DNA of 64,000 nucleotides from a virus. Every line of letters begins with the position of its first letter. Within the stretch, counting starts at the first letter, position 1. Position numbers and translations under genes: made by a program. Positions 19,572 to 29,771 of this stretch are shown here, in pieces. Below the pieces are notes generated by a model. The model saw only the letters and a list, made by a program, of their open reading frames with translations. It was not told the DNA's origin and did not search any database. The stretch covers positions 64,001 through 128,000 of IMG/VR virus record IMGVR_UViG_3300027985_000286. One strand, written 5' to 3'.

Positions 19572-21342
19572 ATCACAACCCAAGCAACTCGCGCCGCCAA
19601 TCTGGGAACAGGCCGCAGCGTTTGTTGAACAGAATTTAGATGTTGCGGTTGAGTATATTCGAAGAGATACGTGGAACGTAGAAGTACCTGACATTGAAGA
19701 CCACGTAAAGCTCAAGAATTGCTACCGTAACGACCCAAGAATCAAATCCTTTTCTGCGAACATCTTTTACTCAGAACTACAGTTACTTGAATGGGTGAAG
19801 TGTTCCAAAGACCCAGTCTACTTCTTAACGAAATACGTCAAAATCGTTAGCCTTGATTATGGTATTGTTCCTTTCAAGTTGTGGGACTATCAGAAAGATA
19901 TCATTAAGACCTACGTCCAAGAAAGATTCGTTATCTCTATGCAAAGCAGACAGAGTGGCAAATCAACCACGGCTGCTGGGTATATCCTGTTCTATTCGTT
20001 ATTCCAGCAAGATAGAACTACAGCAATCCTAGCTAACAAGGCTGCCCAGGCCCAGGAGATTGTTAGAAGAATCCAGGGAATGTACGAAAGCATCCCTTGG
20101 TTTCTGCAACCAGGAGTAACATCATACAACAAAAGGTCGATGGGTCTGGCTAACAGGTCTCAGGTCATTTCTGCAGCATCGTCGAATAGCTCGATACGTG
20201 GTCAATCGATCAACTTGCTGTATTTGGATGAGTTTGCTTTCATCCCAAGAGAGCAAGAGTTTTACGAATCAACCTACCCTGTGATTACGTCTGGTATTGA
20301 CACCAAAGTCCTTATCACGTCAACACCTAAAGGTGCCCGTGGTTTGTTCTTTAACTTGTGGCAAGGCGCAATCAAAGGCAATAACGAGTATGTGCACAAG
20401 CTTGTTACCTGGAGAGATATCCCAGGCAGAGACGAGAAGTGGGCCAAGACTACTCGTGCGAATATGACAGAAGCGCAGTGGAACCAGGAGATGGAGTGCC
20501 AGTTCCTGGGTTCTCAGAATACGCTTATTCCTTATTCTATACTATCAACTATCTTTACTGAAGAACCCTTAGACGGCATTACAGATAATGAGCACCTGGA
20601 CGTGTATGATGAGCCTGTTAAGGGTCGAAAATACTTCATGACAGTTGATACGTCACGAGGGTTTGGTCAAGACTACTCTGCGTTCATTGTCTATGACATC
20701 ACTGAGATTCCTTTCAAGACTGTCGCGAAGTACAGGAACAACAGAATTAGCACCATGTTGTTCCCTACCGTGGTCTTTAACACTGCGCTGCACTACAACG
20801 AAGCTGAAGTTCTTGTAGAGGTTAACGATGCAGGCATTGAGGTCGTTAATAAGCTCTACTATGACTTTGAATATGAAAACACACTGATGACTTCAAAGGA
20901 TGGCGCTAAGGTAATATTGGGTGGGTATGGTACCAATGCCATCCTTGGTCTTAGAACTACCAAATCCACAAAAGCCATCGGATGCGGTAACCTAAAGGTT
21001 ATGGTTGAGAAAGAAAAGCTACGGGTTACTGATTTTGACACAATCGACGAGCTTACGAACTTTGTGGAGAAAGGTTCATCTTACGAAGCAGACGAAGGGT
21101 GTCACGATGACCTTGTGATGTGTTTGGTGCTGTTCGCTTGGGCGTCATCGCAGGATCACTTCAAGCAAAACTATGATGTCGACATTAGGAAAAGATTTGA
21201 AGAAGAAGAGATGCTCAGAGAAGAAGCATCCCTTATGCCATTTGGCGTTATATCGTCTAACGCCTACGATGACGATGTACCTGCAACAATCGAAGATTAC
21301 GCGGAGATTCGATGGGCATCAGAACGTGACCCTACCTTTTAA
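19555..21342 (+). CDS. gp17: Terminase large subunit gp17
   Basis: Walker A SRQSGKSTT, Walker B LYLDEFAF, ITSTP.G, nuclease VDTSRG.GQDYS and HDDLVM. Confidence 0.97.
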   Translation: MRNGPKSQPKQLAPPIWEQAAAFVEQNLDVAVEYIRRDTWNVEVPDIEDHVKLKNCYRNDPRIKSFSANIFYSELQLLEWVKCSKDPVYFLTKYVKIVSLDYGIVPFKLWDYQKDIIKTYVQERFVISMQSRQSGKSTTAAGYILFYSLFQQDRTTAILANKAAQAQEIVRRIQGMYESIPWFLQPGVTSYNKRSMGLANRSQVISAASSNSSIRGQSINLLYLDEFAFIPREQEFYESTYPVITSGIDTKVLITSTPKGARGLFFNLWQGAIKGNNEYVHKLVTWRDIPGRDEKWAKTTRANMTEAQWNQEMECQFLGSQNTLIPYSILSTIFTEEPLDGITDNEHLDVYDEPVKGRKYFMTVDTSRGFGQDYSAFIVYDITEIPFKTVAKYRNNRISTMLFPTVVFNTALHYNEAEVLVEVNDAGIEVVNKLYYDFEYENTLMTSKDGAKVILGGYGTNAILGLRTTKSTKAIGCGNLKVMVEKEKLRVTDFDTIDELTNFVEKGSSYEADEGCHDDLVMCLVLFAWASSQDHFKQNYDVDIRKRFEEEEMLREEASLMPFGVISSNAYDDDVPATIEDYAEIRWASERDPTF

Positions 21343-21417
21343 GCTTCAAACCCTAAATTTCTACTAAATAGGTTTAGATAACCAAGTTAGCATTCAAGAA
21401 TAGAGAGGAATAACACC

Positions 21418-23256
21418 ATGTTGAATATGGCGTCTCCCGGTATCAAATCTACAGAACTAGACCTTAGCTACACTGTTCAGTCAGTTGCTGGCGTGTCTGG
21501 TGCTTTTGTAGGTGCTTTTCTTTGGGGCCCTGTTGAAGAGGTTTTGAACGTAACTGATGGCACACCAGGTATGGTTCAGCGTTTCTTCCAGCCCGATAAC
21601 AACACTGCAATCTACTGGCTGTCTGTTCGAGATTACCTTATCTACAACAACAGCGCTAAAGTGGTGCGACTCGTAGGAGCTTCTGCGGTCAACGCCGTTC
21701 CCACTGGAGAGACTGCACTTCTCGTCAAGAACGAATCCCACTACGATACCTTAACCCTTACAGGTCTAAGCGTTATCGCCAAATATCCAGGTTCTCTGGG
21801 TAACGCTCTAGCTGTCCATGCGGCAGATAGCGTCGGGTTCACTGGATGGGCTTACGCAGACGACTTTGAGTTTGCTCCTGCTGCGGGTCAGTTCAACATG
21901 GTTGTTGTTGATACTACCGGCGCATGGTCTGGCACTGCTGGTACCGTTCTTGAGAAGTACGAGCTCATGACCAACGTGGCAGGGTCTAAGAAGACCGACG
22001 GTTCTTCTGCGTACGTCAAAGATGTGGTCAATCGTGGTTCAAACTATGTTTGGATTGGTGATATTGATGCAATGTACTTCCTACAGGAAGCAACCGCGGC
22101 GGAAATCGTTTCTGGTGGTTCTGGTTACACTGCAGCTGATACACTGACTGTGACTGGTGGAACAGGTACGTCAGCAACGATTACCGTTGATACAGTCGAT
22201 GGGTCTGGTGTGATCACGGGTATCACTGTTGCAACAGGCGGCTCGTACTCTGACATTCCAACTAACCCGGTTTCGGTGACTGGTGGTACTGGAACAGGTG
22301 CAACATTCAATCTTACGTTTGCTTCCATTACCGGGTTGTTTGATGCGACTCTCCAGGGCGGTGTTGACGATAACACACTAACATCTCACGTGACAGGTTG
22401 GAACCTGTTCGACAACCCGTCAACCACTGACGTGTGGGAGTTGGTAGCCGTTAACCAGGCAACTGCAGATATTGACGCGCTTGTTACTATCGCAGAAGGC
22501 CGCGGTGATTGTGTTGGCTTCTTCAGCCCCCCTCTTGCCGCTGTGTTGAACAATGTTGGTAGCGAGGTAACCGACATCGTTACCTACAGAAGCACTACGA
22601 CCAATAAGAACTCCTCGTACCTGATGATGGACGATAACTGGAAACAGGTGTACGACGAGTTTAACGACTTGTATCGCTGGATTCCGATGGCGCCGTCTAA
22701 TGCAGGACTGCACGCGGTTACTGTCAACTCTTCACAGCCTTGGCAGAGTCATGCAGGTTACACTCGCGGTAAGGTAAAGAACATCATCCGCCTTGCCTGG
22801 AACAGTAACGAAGCATACAGAAACACGCTTTACAAGATTGGTGTGAACTCGTTCATTTCTGAGCCTGGTGAGGGCGTGGTTCTGTACGGCGATAAAGTGC
22901 AGGTCCAGAACCCAACTGCATTCAGTCGCATCAACGTCAGAAACCTGTTCATTGTAATGCGCAAGGCGGTGTCTAGAGCTGCAAAGTATCAGCTTTTTGA
23001 GCTTAACGATTCGATCACTCGCAGCTTGTTCAGAAACCGTGTGTCTGCTTACCTGCAAGGCGTTCAGGCTGGTAGAGGTGTTTACGATTATCGAGTGGTG
23101 TGTGATGAGAGCAACAACACTGCTGAAGTGATTGACGCCAACGAGTTCATTGCATCAATCTTTGTGAAGCCTGCAAGAAGCATCAACTTCATTGGTCTTA
23201 ACTTTGTTGCAGTTGCTTCTGGTGTCGATTTTACTGAAATTGAAAACGCCATCTAA
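21418..23256 (+). CDS. gp18: Tail sheath protein gp18
   Basis: SPGI...ELD, F.WGPVE, AKYPGSLGN, AFSRINVRNLF, VCDESNNT.EVIDANEF..SIFVKPARSINFI.LNFVA. Confidence 0.97.
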   Translation: MLNMASPGIKSTELDLSYTVQSVAGVSGAFVGAFLWGPVEEVLNVTDGTPGMVQRFFQPDNNTAIYWLSVRDYLIYNNSAKVVRLVGASAVNAVPTGETALLVKNESHYDTLTLTGLSVIAKYPGSLGNALAVHAADSVGFTGWAYADDFEFAPAAGQFNMVVVDTTGAWSGTAGTVLEKYELMTNVAGSKKTDGSSAYVKDVVNRGSNYVWIGDIDAMYFLQEATAAEIVSGGSGYTAADTLTVTGGTGTSATITVDTVDGSGVITGITVATGGSYSDIPTNPVSVTGGTGTGATFNLTFASITGLFDATLQGGVDDNTLTSHVTGWNLFDNPSTTDVWELVAVNQATADIDALVTIAEGRGDCVGFFSPPLAAVLNNVGSEVTDIVTYRSTTTNKNSSYLMMDDNWKQVYDEFNDLYRWIPMAPSNAGLHAVTVNSSQPWQSHAGYTRGKVKNIIRLAWNSNEAYRNTLYKIGVNSFISEPGEGVVLYGDKVQVQNPTAFSRINVRNLFIVMRKAVSRAAKYQLFELNDSITRSLFRNRVSAYLQGVQAGRGVYDYRVVCDESNNTAEVIDANEFIASIFVKPARSINFIGLNFVAVASGVDFTEIENAI

Positions 23257-23275
23257 TAGGAACCGGAGAGAATAG

Positions 23276-23800
23276 ATGAAGATTTCTGAATTCAAAAAGA
23301 ACCTTAGAGGCGGTGGCGCTCGTACCAACCTGTACCGGGTAGAAATTGACTACCCGGTCTTTGCTGGCGGTGAAGCCGAAACCCGAAGAGGTACATTCCT
23401 AATCAAAGCTGCATCCCTTCCTTCTTCGGTCATCGGAGTGATTGAAGTTGGCTACCGAGGAAGAAAGTTCAAGCTTGCGGGTGATAGAACGTTTGAAGAG
23501 TGGTCAGTCACTGTACTGAATGATACCGTGTTTGACATCAGAGATGCTCTGGAGCGCTGGTCTAACGGTATTAATCAGAACGAGTCAAACATTGGCCTTG
23601 AGAACCCTGAAGACTATATGTCTACTGCAATGGTTCACCAGCTCAACAGAAACGGTGACGTGGTAAAATCATACCTGTTCCAAGACGTTTGGCCATCCAA
23701 TGTGGGTATGATTCAGCTTAACCAGGATGACAGTGACACTGTTGAAGAGTTTGAAGTTACCCTTCAGTATTCACAGTGGACCAGCAACACTACTTCTTGA
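23276..23800 (+). CDS. gp19: Tail tube protein gp19
   Basis: GGGAR.NL, KAASLP.S.IG.IEV.YRGRK.KLAGDRTFEEW. Confidence 0.97.
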   Translation: MKISEFKKNLRGGGARTNLYRVEIDYPVFAGGEAETRRGTFLIKAASLPSSVIGVIEVGYRGRKFKLAGDRTFEEWSVTVLNDTVFDIRDALERWSNGINQNESNIGLENPEDYMSTAMVHQLNRNGDVVKSYLFQDVWPSNVGMIQLNQDDSDTVEEFEVTLQYSQWTSNTTS

Positions 23801-23836
23801 TATGCTAAACAGTGAAAACAGGTAAAGGAGTGAACA

Positions 23837-25441
23837 ATGCGCTGGGATTCATTCTGGAATGGTTTCGGTTCTAAGAAGGAAGATAGAAAGCAGCAAACCA
23901 TCGCGGCAAACACTGTTGTAGAAGAACAAGACGGTGCGATTGTCGTTGAAGGCGGTTTCGGTTACTACGGTCAGGCTTTTGTTGGTTGGGATGGTTCACC
24001 CACAAAAACAGAAGCAGACCAGATTTCTAAATACAGAAACCTGCTTCTTATTCCTGAAGTAGACTATGCAGTTGACGACATTACAAACGAGGCAATCTCA
24101 ACTGATACGACAGATGTATCAGTTGAGGTTATCCTTGATGACGTTGAAGTTAGTGATAAGATCAAAAAGAGGATAGTTGAGGAATTTGAGACTGTCCTGT
24201 CTTTGATGAAATTTAGCGTTAGAGGTTATGAGTACTTCAAAGACTTTTACGTTGATGGTAGAGTTGCGTTCCACAAGATTATTGATTCTTCCAAACCCAA
24301 GCAGGGTTTGATTGCCGTTAAGCAGTTTGAGGCTATCTGTCTGACTAAGGTCAGAGAGGTAAATAGAGATGGAGACGGCATTATCAAGGATTTTCGTGAA
24401 TACTTCGTGTATGATGAAACACTCTTACCCTTCCATTCAAGAAGATCAAGATTCAACGGTAAGAAGGTTGAGATTCCTAAAGATTCGGTCACCTTTGTTA
24501 TTAGTGGTGATGTTGATGTGAGAACAGGTATGGTTATCGGCCCTTTGCACAAAGCTGTTAAGTGGGCTAATAACCTAACCATGCTAGAAGATGCCACTGT
24601 AGTCTATCGCTACAGCAGAGCACCAGAAAAGAGAATGTTTTATATTGATACTGGAAACCTTCCACCAACTAAGGCGGAAGCGTTCGTTACTAAGATCATG
24701 AACAAGTTCAAGAATAAGATTGTTTATGATCCAATGACTGGTGGCGTAAAGGATCAGAAGAATCTCCTAAGCATGTACGAAGACTTCTGGCTTCCTAGAT
24801 CTGCAACTGGTCGAGGCACTGAGGTAACTACTCTGCAAGGTGGTCAAAATCTTGGAGAGATTGATGATATTCTTTACTTCCGTAAGAAGCTATACCAGGC
24901 ACTTAATATCCCTACTTCAAGGGTTGAACAGGATGGTGTGATTCAGTTTGGTAAGCTTGCTGAAATCACCAGAGACGAGCTGAAGTTTTCAAAGTTCGTT
25001 GGTAGGCTCAGAAAGCGTTTCAGTGAGGTTTTTACTGACATACTTGGTACACAGTTAATACTCAAAGGAGTGCTAACTGAAGATGAGTGGTTAAATATCA
25101 ATGGAGATGTAAGGTACGATTTTGTTCAGGATGCCTACATTGCAAGACAGAAAGAAAACGAGCTTCTGCAGTCTAAAGTTGACATTATGAGAGACCTTGA
25201 ATCATATATTGGTAAGTTCATAAGCTACAAGTGGACGGCTAAGAATGTTTGGAGAATGTCAGATGAAGAGATTGAAGAGATGAAGAAAGAGATTATTGAA
25301 GAAAGGAGTGATGAGGTATACGGCCAGCCAATGAATGATGAGGGTGGTGATTTTGGTGGAGGCCAAACACCACCAGATAACAACTTTGGACAAGGTAGTA
25401 AACAACAAGATAACAACCAGGATACAGAGGAAGAGGATTAA
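23837..25441 (+). CDS. gp20: Portal vertex protein gp20
   Basis: YVDGR, LHKA.K.AN.L.MLEDA.V.YR.SRAPE.R.FYID.GNLP, EDFWLPR, RDELKF.KF. Confidence 0.97.
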   Translation: MRWDSFWNGFGSKKEDRKQQTIAANTVVEEQDGAIVVEGGFGYYGQAFVGWDGSPTKTEADQISKYRNLLLIPEVDYAVDDITNEAISTDTTDVSVEVILDDVEVSDKIKKRIVEEFETVLSLMKFSVRGYEYFKDFYVDGRVAFHKIIDSSKPKQGLIAVKQFEAICLTKVREVNRDGDGIIKDFREYFVYDETLLPFHSRRSRFNGKKVEIPKDSVTFVISGDVDVRTGMVIGPLHKAVKWANNLTMLEDATVVYRYSRAPEKRMFYIDTGNLPPTKAEAFVTKIMNKFKNKIVYDPMTGGVKDQKNLLSMYEDFWLPRSATGRGTEVTTLQGGQNLGEIDDILYFRKKLYQALNIPTSRVEQDGVIQFGKLAEITRDELKFSKFVGRLRKRFSEVFTDILGTQLILKGVLTEDEWLNINGDVRYDFVQDAYIARQKENELLQSKVDIMRDLESYIGKFISYKWTAKNVWRMSDEEIEEMKKEIIEERSDEVYGQPMNDEGGDFGGGQTPPDNNFGQGSKQQDNNQDTEEED

Positions 25442-25443
25442 CA

Positions 25444-25698
25444 ATGAATCTCTCAGAAGCAATTGAATCAAAAACACCGTCTCTTAAGATTGGAGAGATT
25501 GTGGAAGGTATCGCTGAAGCTACCCTATCTGGCATCATCAACGAGAATTTCGAAAGCGTTCTTGCTGAGCATTCTTTCATTCTCGAGAAGAAAAAGTGCT
25601 CTGAGGAAGAGGACGACATGGAAGGCAAGGAAGGCGATGATGACAAAGGTGACAAGGAAGGCGATGATGACTCTGACGAAGACGAAGACGAAGAATAA
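25444..25698 (+). CDS. gp67: Prohead core protein gp67-like (acidic tail with short internal duplication)
   Basis: Follows gp20; Asp/Glu-rich C-terminus. Confidence 0.7.
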   Translation: MNLSEAIESKTPSLKIGEIVEGIAEATLSGIINENFESVLAEHSFILEKKKCSEEEDDMEGKEGDDDKGDKEGDDDSDEDEDEE

Positions 25699-25725
25699 TT
25701 CTTCTCTCGTCAAGGAGTAGTCACC

Positions 25726-25977
25726 GTGGCAACAGGTAGAATTAAGACCAGGGTTACGTCGAAAGGTCAGAAAATTAGACGTAAGTTCTGCGCAGCTGGT
25801 TTTCGGTTCAACCGAGAAACCAACACGTGCGAGAAAATGTCTGCTTCTGACAGAGCTCACAAAAAGCTAGCAATTAGAAAGGCTCTAAGAACAAAAAAGG
25901 CAGACTTGGGTGGTAAAAAGAGAGCCACAAGAAAACGTCTAAAGGCACTCAAAAGAAGAAAGGCAATGGGGTTGTAA
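25726..25977 (+). CDS. gp68: Prohead core protein gp68-like (basic)
   Basis: Very basic, ends RKAMGL; precedes gp21. Confidence 0.78.
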   Translation: MATGRIKTRVTSKGQKIRRKFCAAGFRFNRETNTCEKMSASDRAHKKLAIRKALRTKKADLGGKKRATRKRLKALKRRKAMGL

Positions 25978-25981
25978 CCTA

Positions 25982-26653
25982 ATGGCACTCAAGCTTATTC
26001 AAGAATCGTCATTTCAGCTGAGCACTATCCGAGAAGATACATCTGAAGGCAAGAGGATGTACATTGAAGGTATTTTCGCTCAAGCTGAGGTTGTCAACGG
26101 TAATAAAAGATGGTACTGGAAGCCTGTTCTTGAACAGTCGATTGGGAACTATATTGAAAACTTTGTAAAGAAGAACAGAGCAATCGGTGAAATTAACCAT
26201 CCCGACTACCCAATGCCTAATCCAGACAACGCTGCGATTCGAGTGACTGAGATGCAGTGGGATGGCAATAACGTATTGGGAAGAGCCCTTGTTCTAAAGA
26301 ACAATCAAGGTAAAAACCTCCAGAGTTTGATTGAGGATGGGTACCAAGGCGGCGTTTCTACTCGTGCTCTAGGTGAGATGAAGAAATCGAAGTCGATGAA
26401 GGGTGTTAATGAGGTCCAGATGGGTCTTATTACCACTGCAGTAGATTATGTGTCTGACCCATCTGGACCTGATTGCTGGGTAAACGGCATTAACGAGTCT
26501 CTCTCAGAATGGGTTCAAGATGCCAAAGGCGCATGGGTTCGGCGACTTGTTGAAGAGCGGAGCCGTGAGGCATTTGAAGACATCGACCCTAAAACAAGAG
26601 AGGCTTTGCTGCTCGAGTCTCTTAAGAGTTACTTTGACAGCTTTAGAGCATAA
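25982..26653 (+). CDS. gp21: Prohead protease gp21
   Basis: YIEGIF.QAEV.N.N.R.Y, A.GE.NHP, GVSTRALG, D.V.DPS.PD. Confidence 0.95.
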   Translation: MALKLIQESSFQLSTIREDTSEGKRMYIEGIFAQAEVVNGNKRWYWKPVLEQSIGNYIENFVKKNRAIGEINHPDYPMPNPDNAAIRVTEMQWDGNNVLGRALVLKNNQGKNLQSLIEDGYQGGVSTRALGEMKKSKSMKGVNEVQMGLITTAVDYVSDPSGPDCWVNGINESLSEWVQDAKGAWVRRLVEERSREAFEDIDPKTREALLLESLKSYFDSFRA

Positions 26654-26736
26654 CAAGGAGACTCGCAAGAGTATCCTTTCTAACCGTATTCATTTGTTAA
26701 ATAACAGAAACGCTTAGAAATACCAGAGGAAGAACA

Positions 26737-27471
26737 ATGAACGAACTGCTGAATATTTTTGAAGGCAAGGTTGAGCTCTCAGATGAACTGAAAACTGCTC
26801 TTTCCGCTCTTTGGGAGGCTAAGGTTGAGGCTGTTACCACAGAACTAGAAGCCAAGCAAGAGAAGTACATCACTGAAGAGGTCATTCCTTTTTACGAGCA
26901 GAAGGCTCAGAATTACATCGACGACGTGATTATGCCTGAGGTAAACGATTACGTGACCGAGTCGGTCAAGGACTTTGCCAGAAAGCACGAAAAAGAACTG
27001 CGCAACTATGCAATCACCGAGGCTAACTCTTATTTCATCGGTAAGATGAAAGACCTGTTTGAAGGGATGTCAATCAAAGTTCCTGAAGGCAAGGTTAACG
27101 AGCTGAGCGACGCAATGGCGCGCATCGCTAAGCTGGAGGAGCAGGTAGAATCTGCAACTCAGGCCAAGATCATTGCCGAGAAGGCAGTTCTTGACATGAA
27201 GAAAGGTATTATCGTTGAAGACCTGAAAGACGGCATGAGCGAGCTACAGGCCGAGAAGTTCTCCAAGCTCATCGAGTCTATCGATTCGGACAGCCTAGAA
27301 ACCTTCGAGAAGAGAGCTAACCTGATTAAAGAGTCTGTTACGGTGAAGGCCCCGGCTAAAGTCGAAGAAGGTAAGGATACACCACCTGCAAGTGTAATCA
27401 ACGAAGACGGTATCACTGACCCCTGGCTCCGTAGCCTTGTTGATTCTGTGAAAAAGAATCCTAAGGCTTAA
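26737..27471 (+). CDS. gp22: Prohead scaffold protein gp22
   Basis: Helical acidic protein between gp21 and gp23; F..KMK.LFE...I.VPE. Confidence 0.88.
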   Translation: MNELLNIFEGKVELSDELKTALSALWEAKVEAVTTELEAKQEKYITEEVIPFYEQKAQNYIDDVIMPEVNDYVTESVKDFARKHEKELRNYAITEANSYFIGKMKDLFEGMSIKVPEGKVNELSDAMARIAKLEEQVESATQAKIIAEKAVLDMKKGIIVEDLKDGMSELQAEKFSKLIESIDSDSLETFEKRANLIKESVTVKAPAKVEEGKDTPPASVINEDGITDPWLRSLVDSVKKNPKA

Positions 27472-27527
27472 GGTTTAGACTGGCAAAAGAATTAAATACC
27501 AATAGAAAACACAAGACTTGAAGAGGA

Positions 27528-28826
27528 ATGACAATGGAACGCATTTTCGAAAATCTTGACCACGGTGAGGCCGTTTCTCAGTTGCTGACTGATGAAAAGG
27601 GTGCACCTCTTATCAAAGAGAACTACAAGAAGTTCGTCACAGCAACTATGCTCGATAACCAGATTGACTTCCTGAAGGAGTCTGCTCCTCCTGTGAACGT
27701 TACTGGTTCGGCTATTCAGAATTGGGACCCCGTCCTCATTCAGATGGTTCGTCGGGCAACCCCTCAGCTGATGGCGTTTGACATCGCTGGTGTGCAGCCG
27801 ATGACCGGTCCTACCGGTCTGATCTTTGCCATCCGCTCACGTTACACGTCGCAGACCGGTGATGAGGCACTCTATAACGAGGCTAACTCCGCGTTCTCGG
27901 GTACGGGTACTCAGGCTGGTGATACGTCAGGCTTTGCTGCTGACGCGTTCGGTACTGGTGACCCTGCTACTGGTACTTCTGCTGGTACTGGTATGGCTAC
28001 GAGCGCTGCAGAGCTGCTGGGCACCACTTCTGGTACTGCCTGGTCAGAGATGGCGTTCAGCATTGAGAAGACCAACGTTACTGCTACGAGCCGCAAGCTG
28101 AAGGCTACCTTCTCGCATGAAATTGCGCATGACCTGCGTAAGATTCATGGCCTGGATGCAGAGACTGAGCTGGGCAACATCCTGTCCACTGAGATCGTTG
28201 CAGAGCAGGACAGAGAGATCCTGCGTCGGCTGAACATCTCTGCTTCGCTGGGCTGCGTGACCGGTACCACTTCTCAGTACATCTACGACGTTGCCTCTGA
28301 CTCTGATGGTCGTTGGCTTGTTGAGCGTTGGAAGGGACTGGTCTTCCAAATGGAGAAGGAAGCTAACGTGATTATGAAGGCTACGAGACGTGGCAAGGCA
28401 AACATTGTGATTTGCTCTGCTAACGTGGCGTCTGCGCTGAGCATGGTTGGCTTGCTGGACTCTAGCAACAACCCGCGTTTCAAGGGTGACCTGATGGTGG
28501 ACGAGACTTCCAGCACTTATGCTGGTGTGCTGAACGCTCGTTACAAGGTCTACATTGACCCATTTGCGACCATTGATTACATCACAATGGCGTATCGCGG
28601 TCCTAACGCTTGGGATGCAGGCATTTATTACTGCCCGTACGTGCCGCTCGAGATGTACCGTGCAGTGGGTGAGGATTCGTTCCAGCCACGTATCGGTATT
28701 GCCACTCGGTACGGCATTGTTGCCAACCCGTTCGCTGCTAACACAGCAACTGGTGAAAAGACTGGCAAGGGCCTTGGACAGGGTGAGAACCCTTACTTCC
28801 GCAAGTTCAAGGTGATCGGTATCTAA
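27528..28826 (+). CDS. gp23: Major capsid protein gp23
   Basis: DPVLI.MVRR..P.L.AFDI.GVQPMTGPTGLIFA.RSRY, EMAFSIEK, DAG.YYCPYVPL, FQPRIG..TRYG...NPF. Confidence 0.98.
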   Translation: MTMERIFENLDHGEAVSQLLTDEKGAPLIKENYKKFVTATMLDNQIDFLKESAPPVNVTGSAIQNWDPVLIQMVRRATPQLMAFDIAGVQPMTGPTGLIFAIRSRYTSQTGDEALYNEANSAFSGTGTQAGDTSGFAADAFGTGDPATGTSAGTGMATSAAELLGTTSGTAWSEMAFSIEKTNVTATSRKLKATFSHEIAHDLRKIHGLDAETELGNILSTEIVAEQDREILRRLNISASLGCVTGTTSQYIYDVASDSDGRWLVERWKGLVFQMEKEANVIMKATRRGKANIVICSANVASALSMVGLLDSSNNPRFKGDLMVDETSSTYAGVLNARYKVYIDPFATIDYITMAYRGPNAWDAGIYYCPYVPLEMYRAVGEDSFQPRIGIATRYGIVANPFAANTATGEKTGKGLGQGENPYFRKFKVIGI

Positions 28827-28851
28827 TACCAACAACCAGAGTAGTAACATT

Positions 28852-28879
28852 GAAAGGGCCTATTCGGCCCTTTCTTTTT
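28852..28879 (+). terminator. Rho-independent terminator after gp23
   Basis: GAAAGGGCC-TATTC-GGCCCTTTC-TTTTT; the stop codon of the convergent minus-strand ORF lies at the loop. Confidence 0.88.
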
Positions 28880-29162
28880 GGTTGTCTTTTCTGGGGATGG
28901 TAACGTCGATGAGATCTTGGGTTAGCTTATCGAGCTTATCCCTTTCACTCTGTACTAGCTCACCAACAGTATTAAAGGTGCTGTTTTGGAAAGCAGGAAC
29001 GTTCCTATAGACACTCTTAAGTGGTGTACTAGGATCCATACCAGAGAAGAGTATGGCATAGTGTAGTATGACACTTCTGGTGTCTTCGATCTGGGTTAAA
29101 AGCTCCTTGCGACGCTCCCCCATACCTTTCTTAGCACGTCTCTTCTTAAGGTTACCGTTCAT
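28860..29162 (-). CDS. Hypothetical protein, convergent with gp23
   Basis: GGAGGAG RBS 6 nt upstream of the minus-strand ATG at 29162. Confidence 0.65.
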   Translation of the reverse strand: MNGNLKKRRAKKGMGERRKELLTQIEDTRSVILHYAILFSGMDPSTPLKSVYRNVPAFQNSTFNTVGELVQSERDKLDKLTQDLIDVTIPRKDNQKERAE

Positions 29163-29222
29163 ACATTGCTCCTCCAATTAGTAGCGCAAACACGTTAGCA
29201 CAAAAATAAATCAGAATAAACC

Positions 29223-29250
29223 TTGTATCTTTGATATGTTCGTGTATACT
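29223..29250 (+). promoter_or_regulatory. Sigma70-like early promoter followed by an AACAACATACA leader
   Basis: TTGTAT-N16-TATACT; the same leader follows the promoters at 34322 and 36479. Confidence 0.6.
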
Positions 29251-29296
29251 AACAACATACAAACAACACAGCACAACTTGAAGATAGGACTACACA

Positions 29297-29551
29297 ATGG
29301 CACGTAACAAAATCGCATCACCTCAGCGTGTAAAGTCTGTAATCAAAGAGCTGGTAGAATCTGGGTTTGAGTTTGTAGAATGGACCGAAGATAGTCCTTA
29401 CGACTCTCCCAAAGTTCGCGTTAAAAAGAATGACATAACGTGGAGCGTGGCTATTGAAAAGGGTACCGTGCAAGCTCTTAGGATGAGCGACTGGTCTTGG
29501 GGCAAAAGCCATACCAACGTAATCGATATGATTGAAGAAATGGGGAGATAA
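29297..29551 (+). CDS. Hypothetical early protein
   Basis: AGGA RBS, downstream of early promoter. Confidence 0.75.
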   Translation: MARNKIASPQRVKSVIKELVESGFEFVEWTEDSPYDSPKVRVKKNDITWSVAIEKGTVQALRMSDWSWGKSHTNVIDMIEEMGR

Positions 29552-29553
29552 CA

Positions 29554-29736
29554 ATGACACCCGAACAGCAAACAGAAATCCTTGAATTCCTGCGTTCACG
29601 GGCAGATGAATGGCAAAACAAAGCTGAATCGTTCAGCGGTGACCCAGATTTCGATGAAGGCGTGGTATCTGGAATGTTTCGCTGCGGTGACGAGGTTGAA
29701 ACTCTACTACGACGCCTGGGCCTCTGCAGGCGTTAG
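29554..29736 (+). CDS. Hypothetical protein
   Basis: GGGGAG RBS; tight gene packing. Confidence 0.65.
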   Translation: MTPEQQTEILEFLRSRADEWQNKAESFSGDPDFDEGVVSGMFRCGDEVETLLRRLGLCRR

Positions 29737-29771
29737 TACACATAGCAGCACAACTTGAAGAGGACTACACA

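Noticed and set aside
25626-25671. 19-nt direct repeat CAAGGAAGGCGATGATGAC
   Set aside because: Ordinary slippage duplication in the acidic gp67 tail
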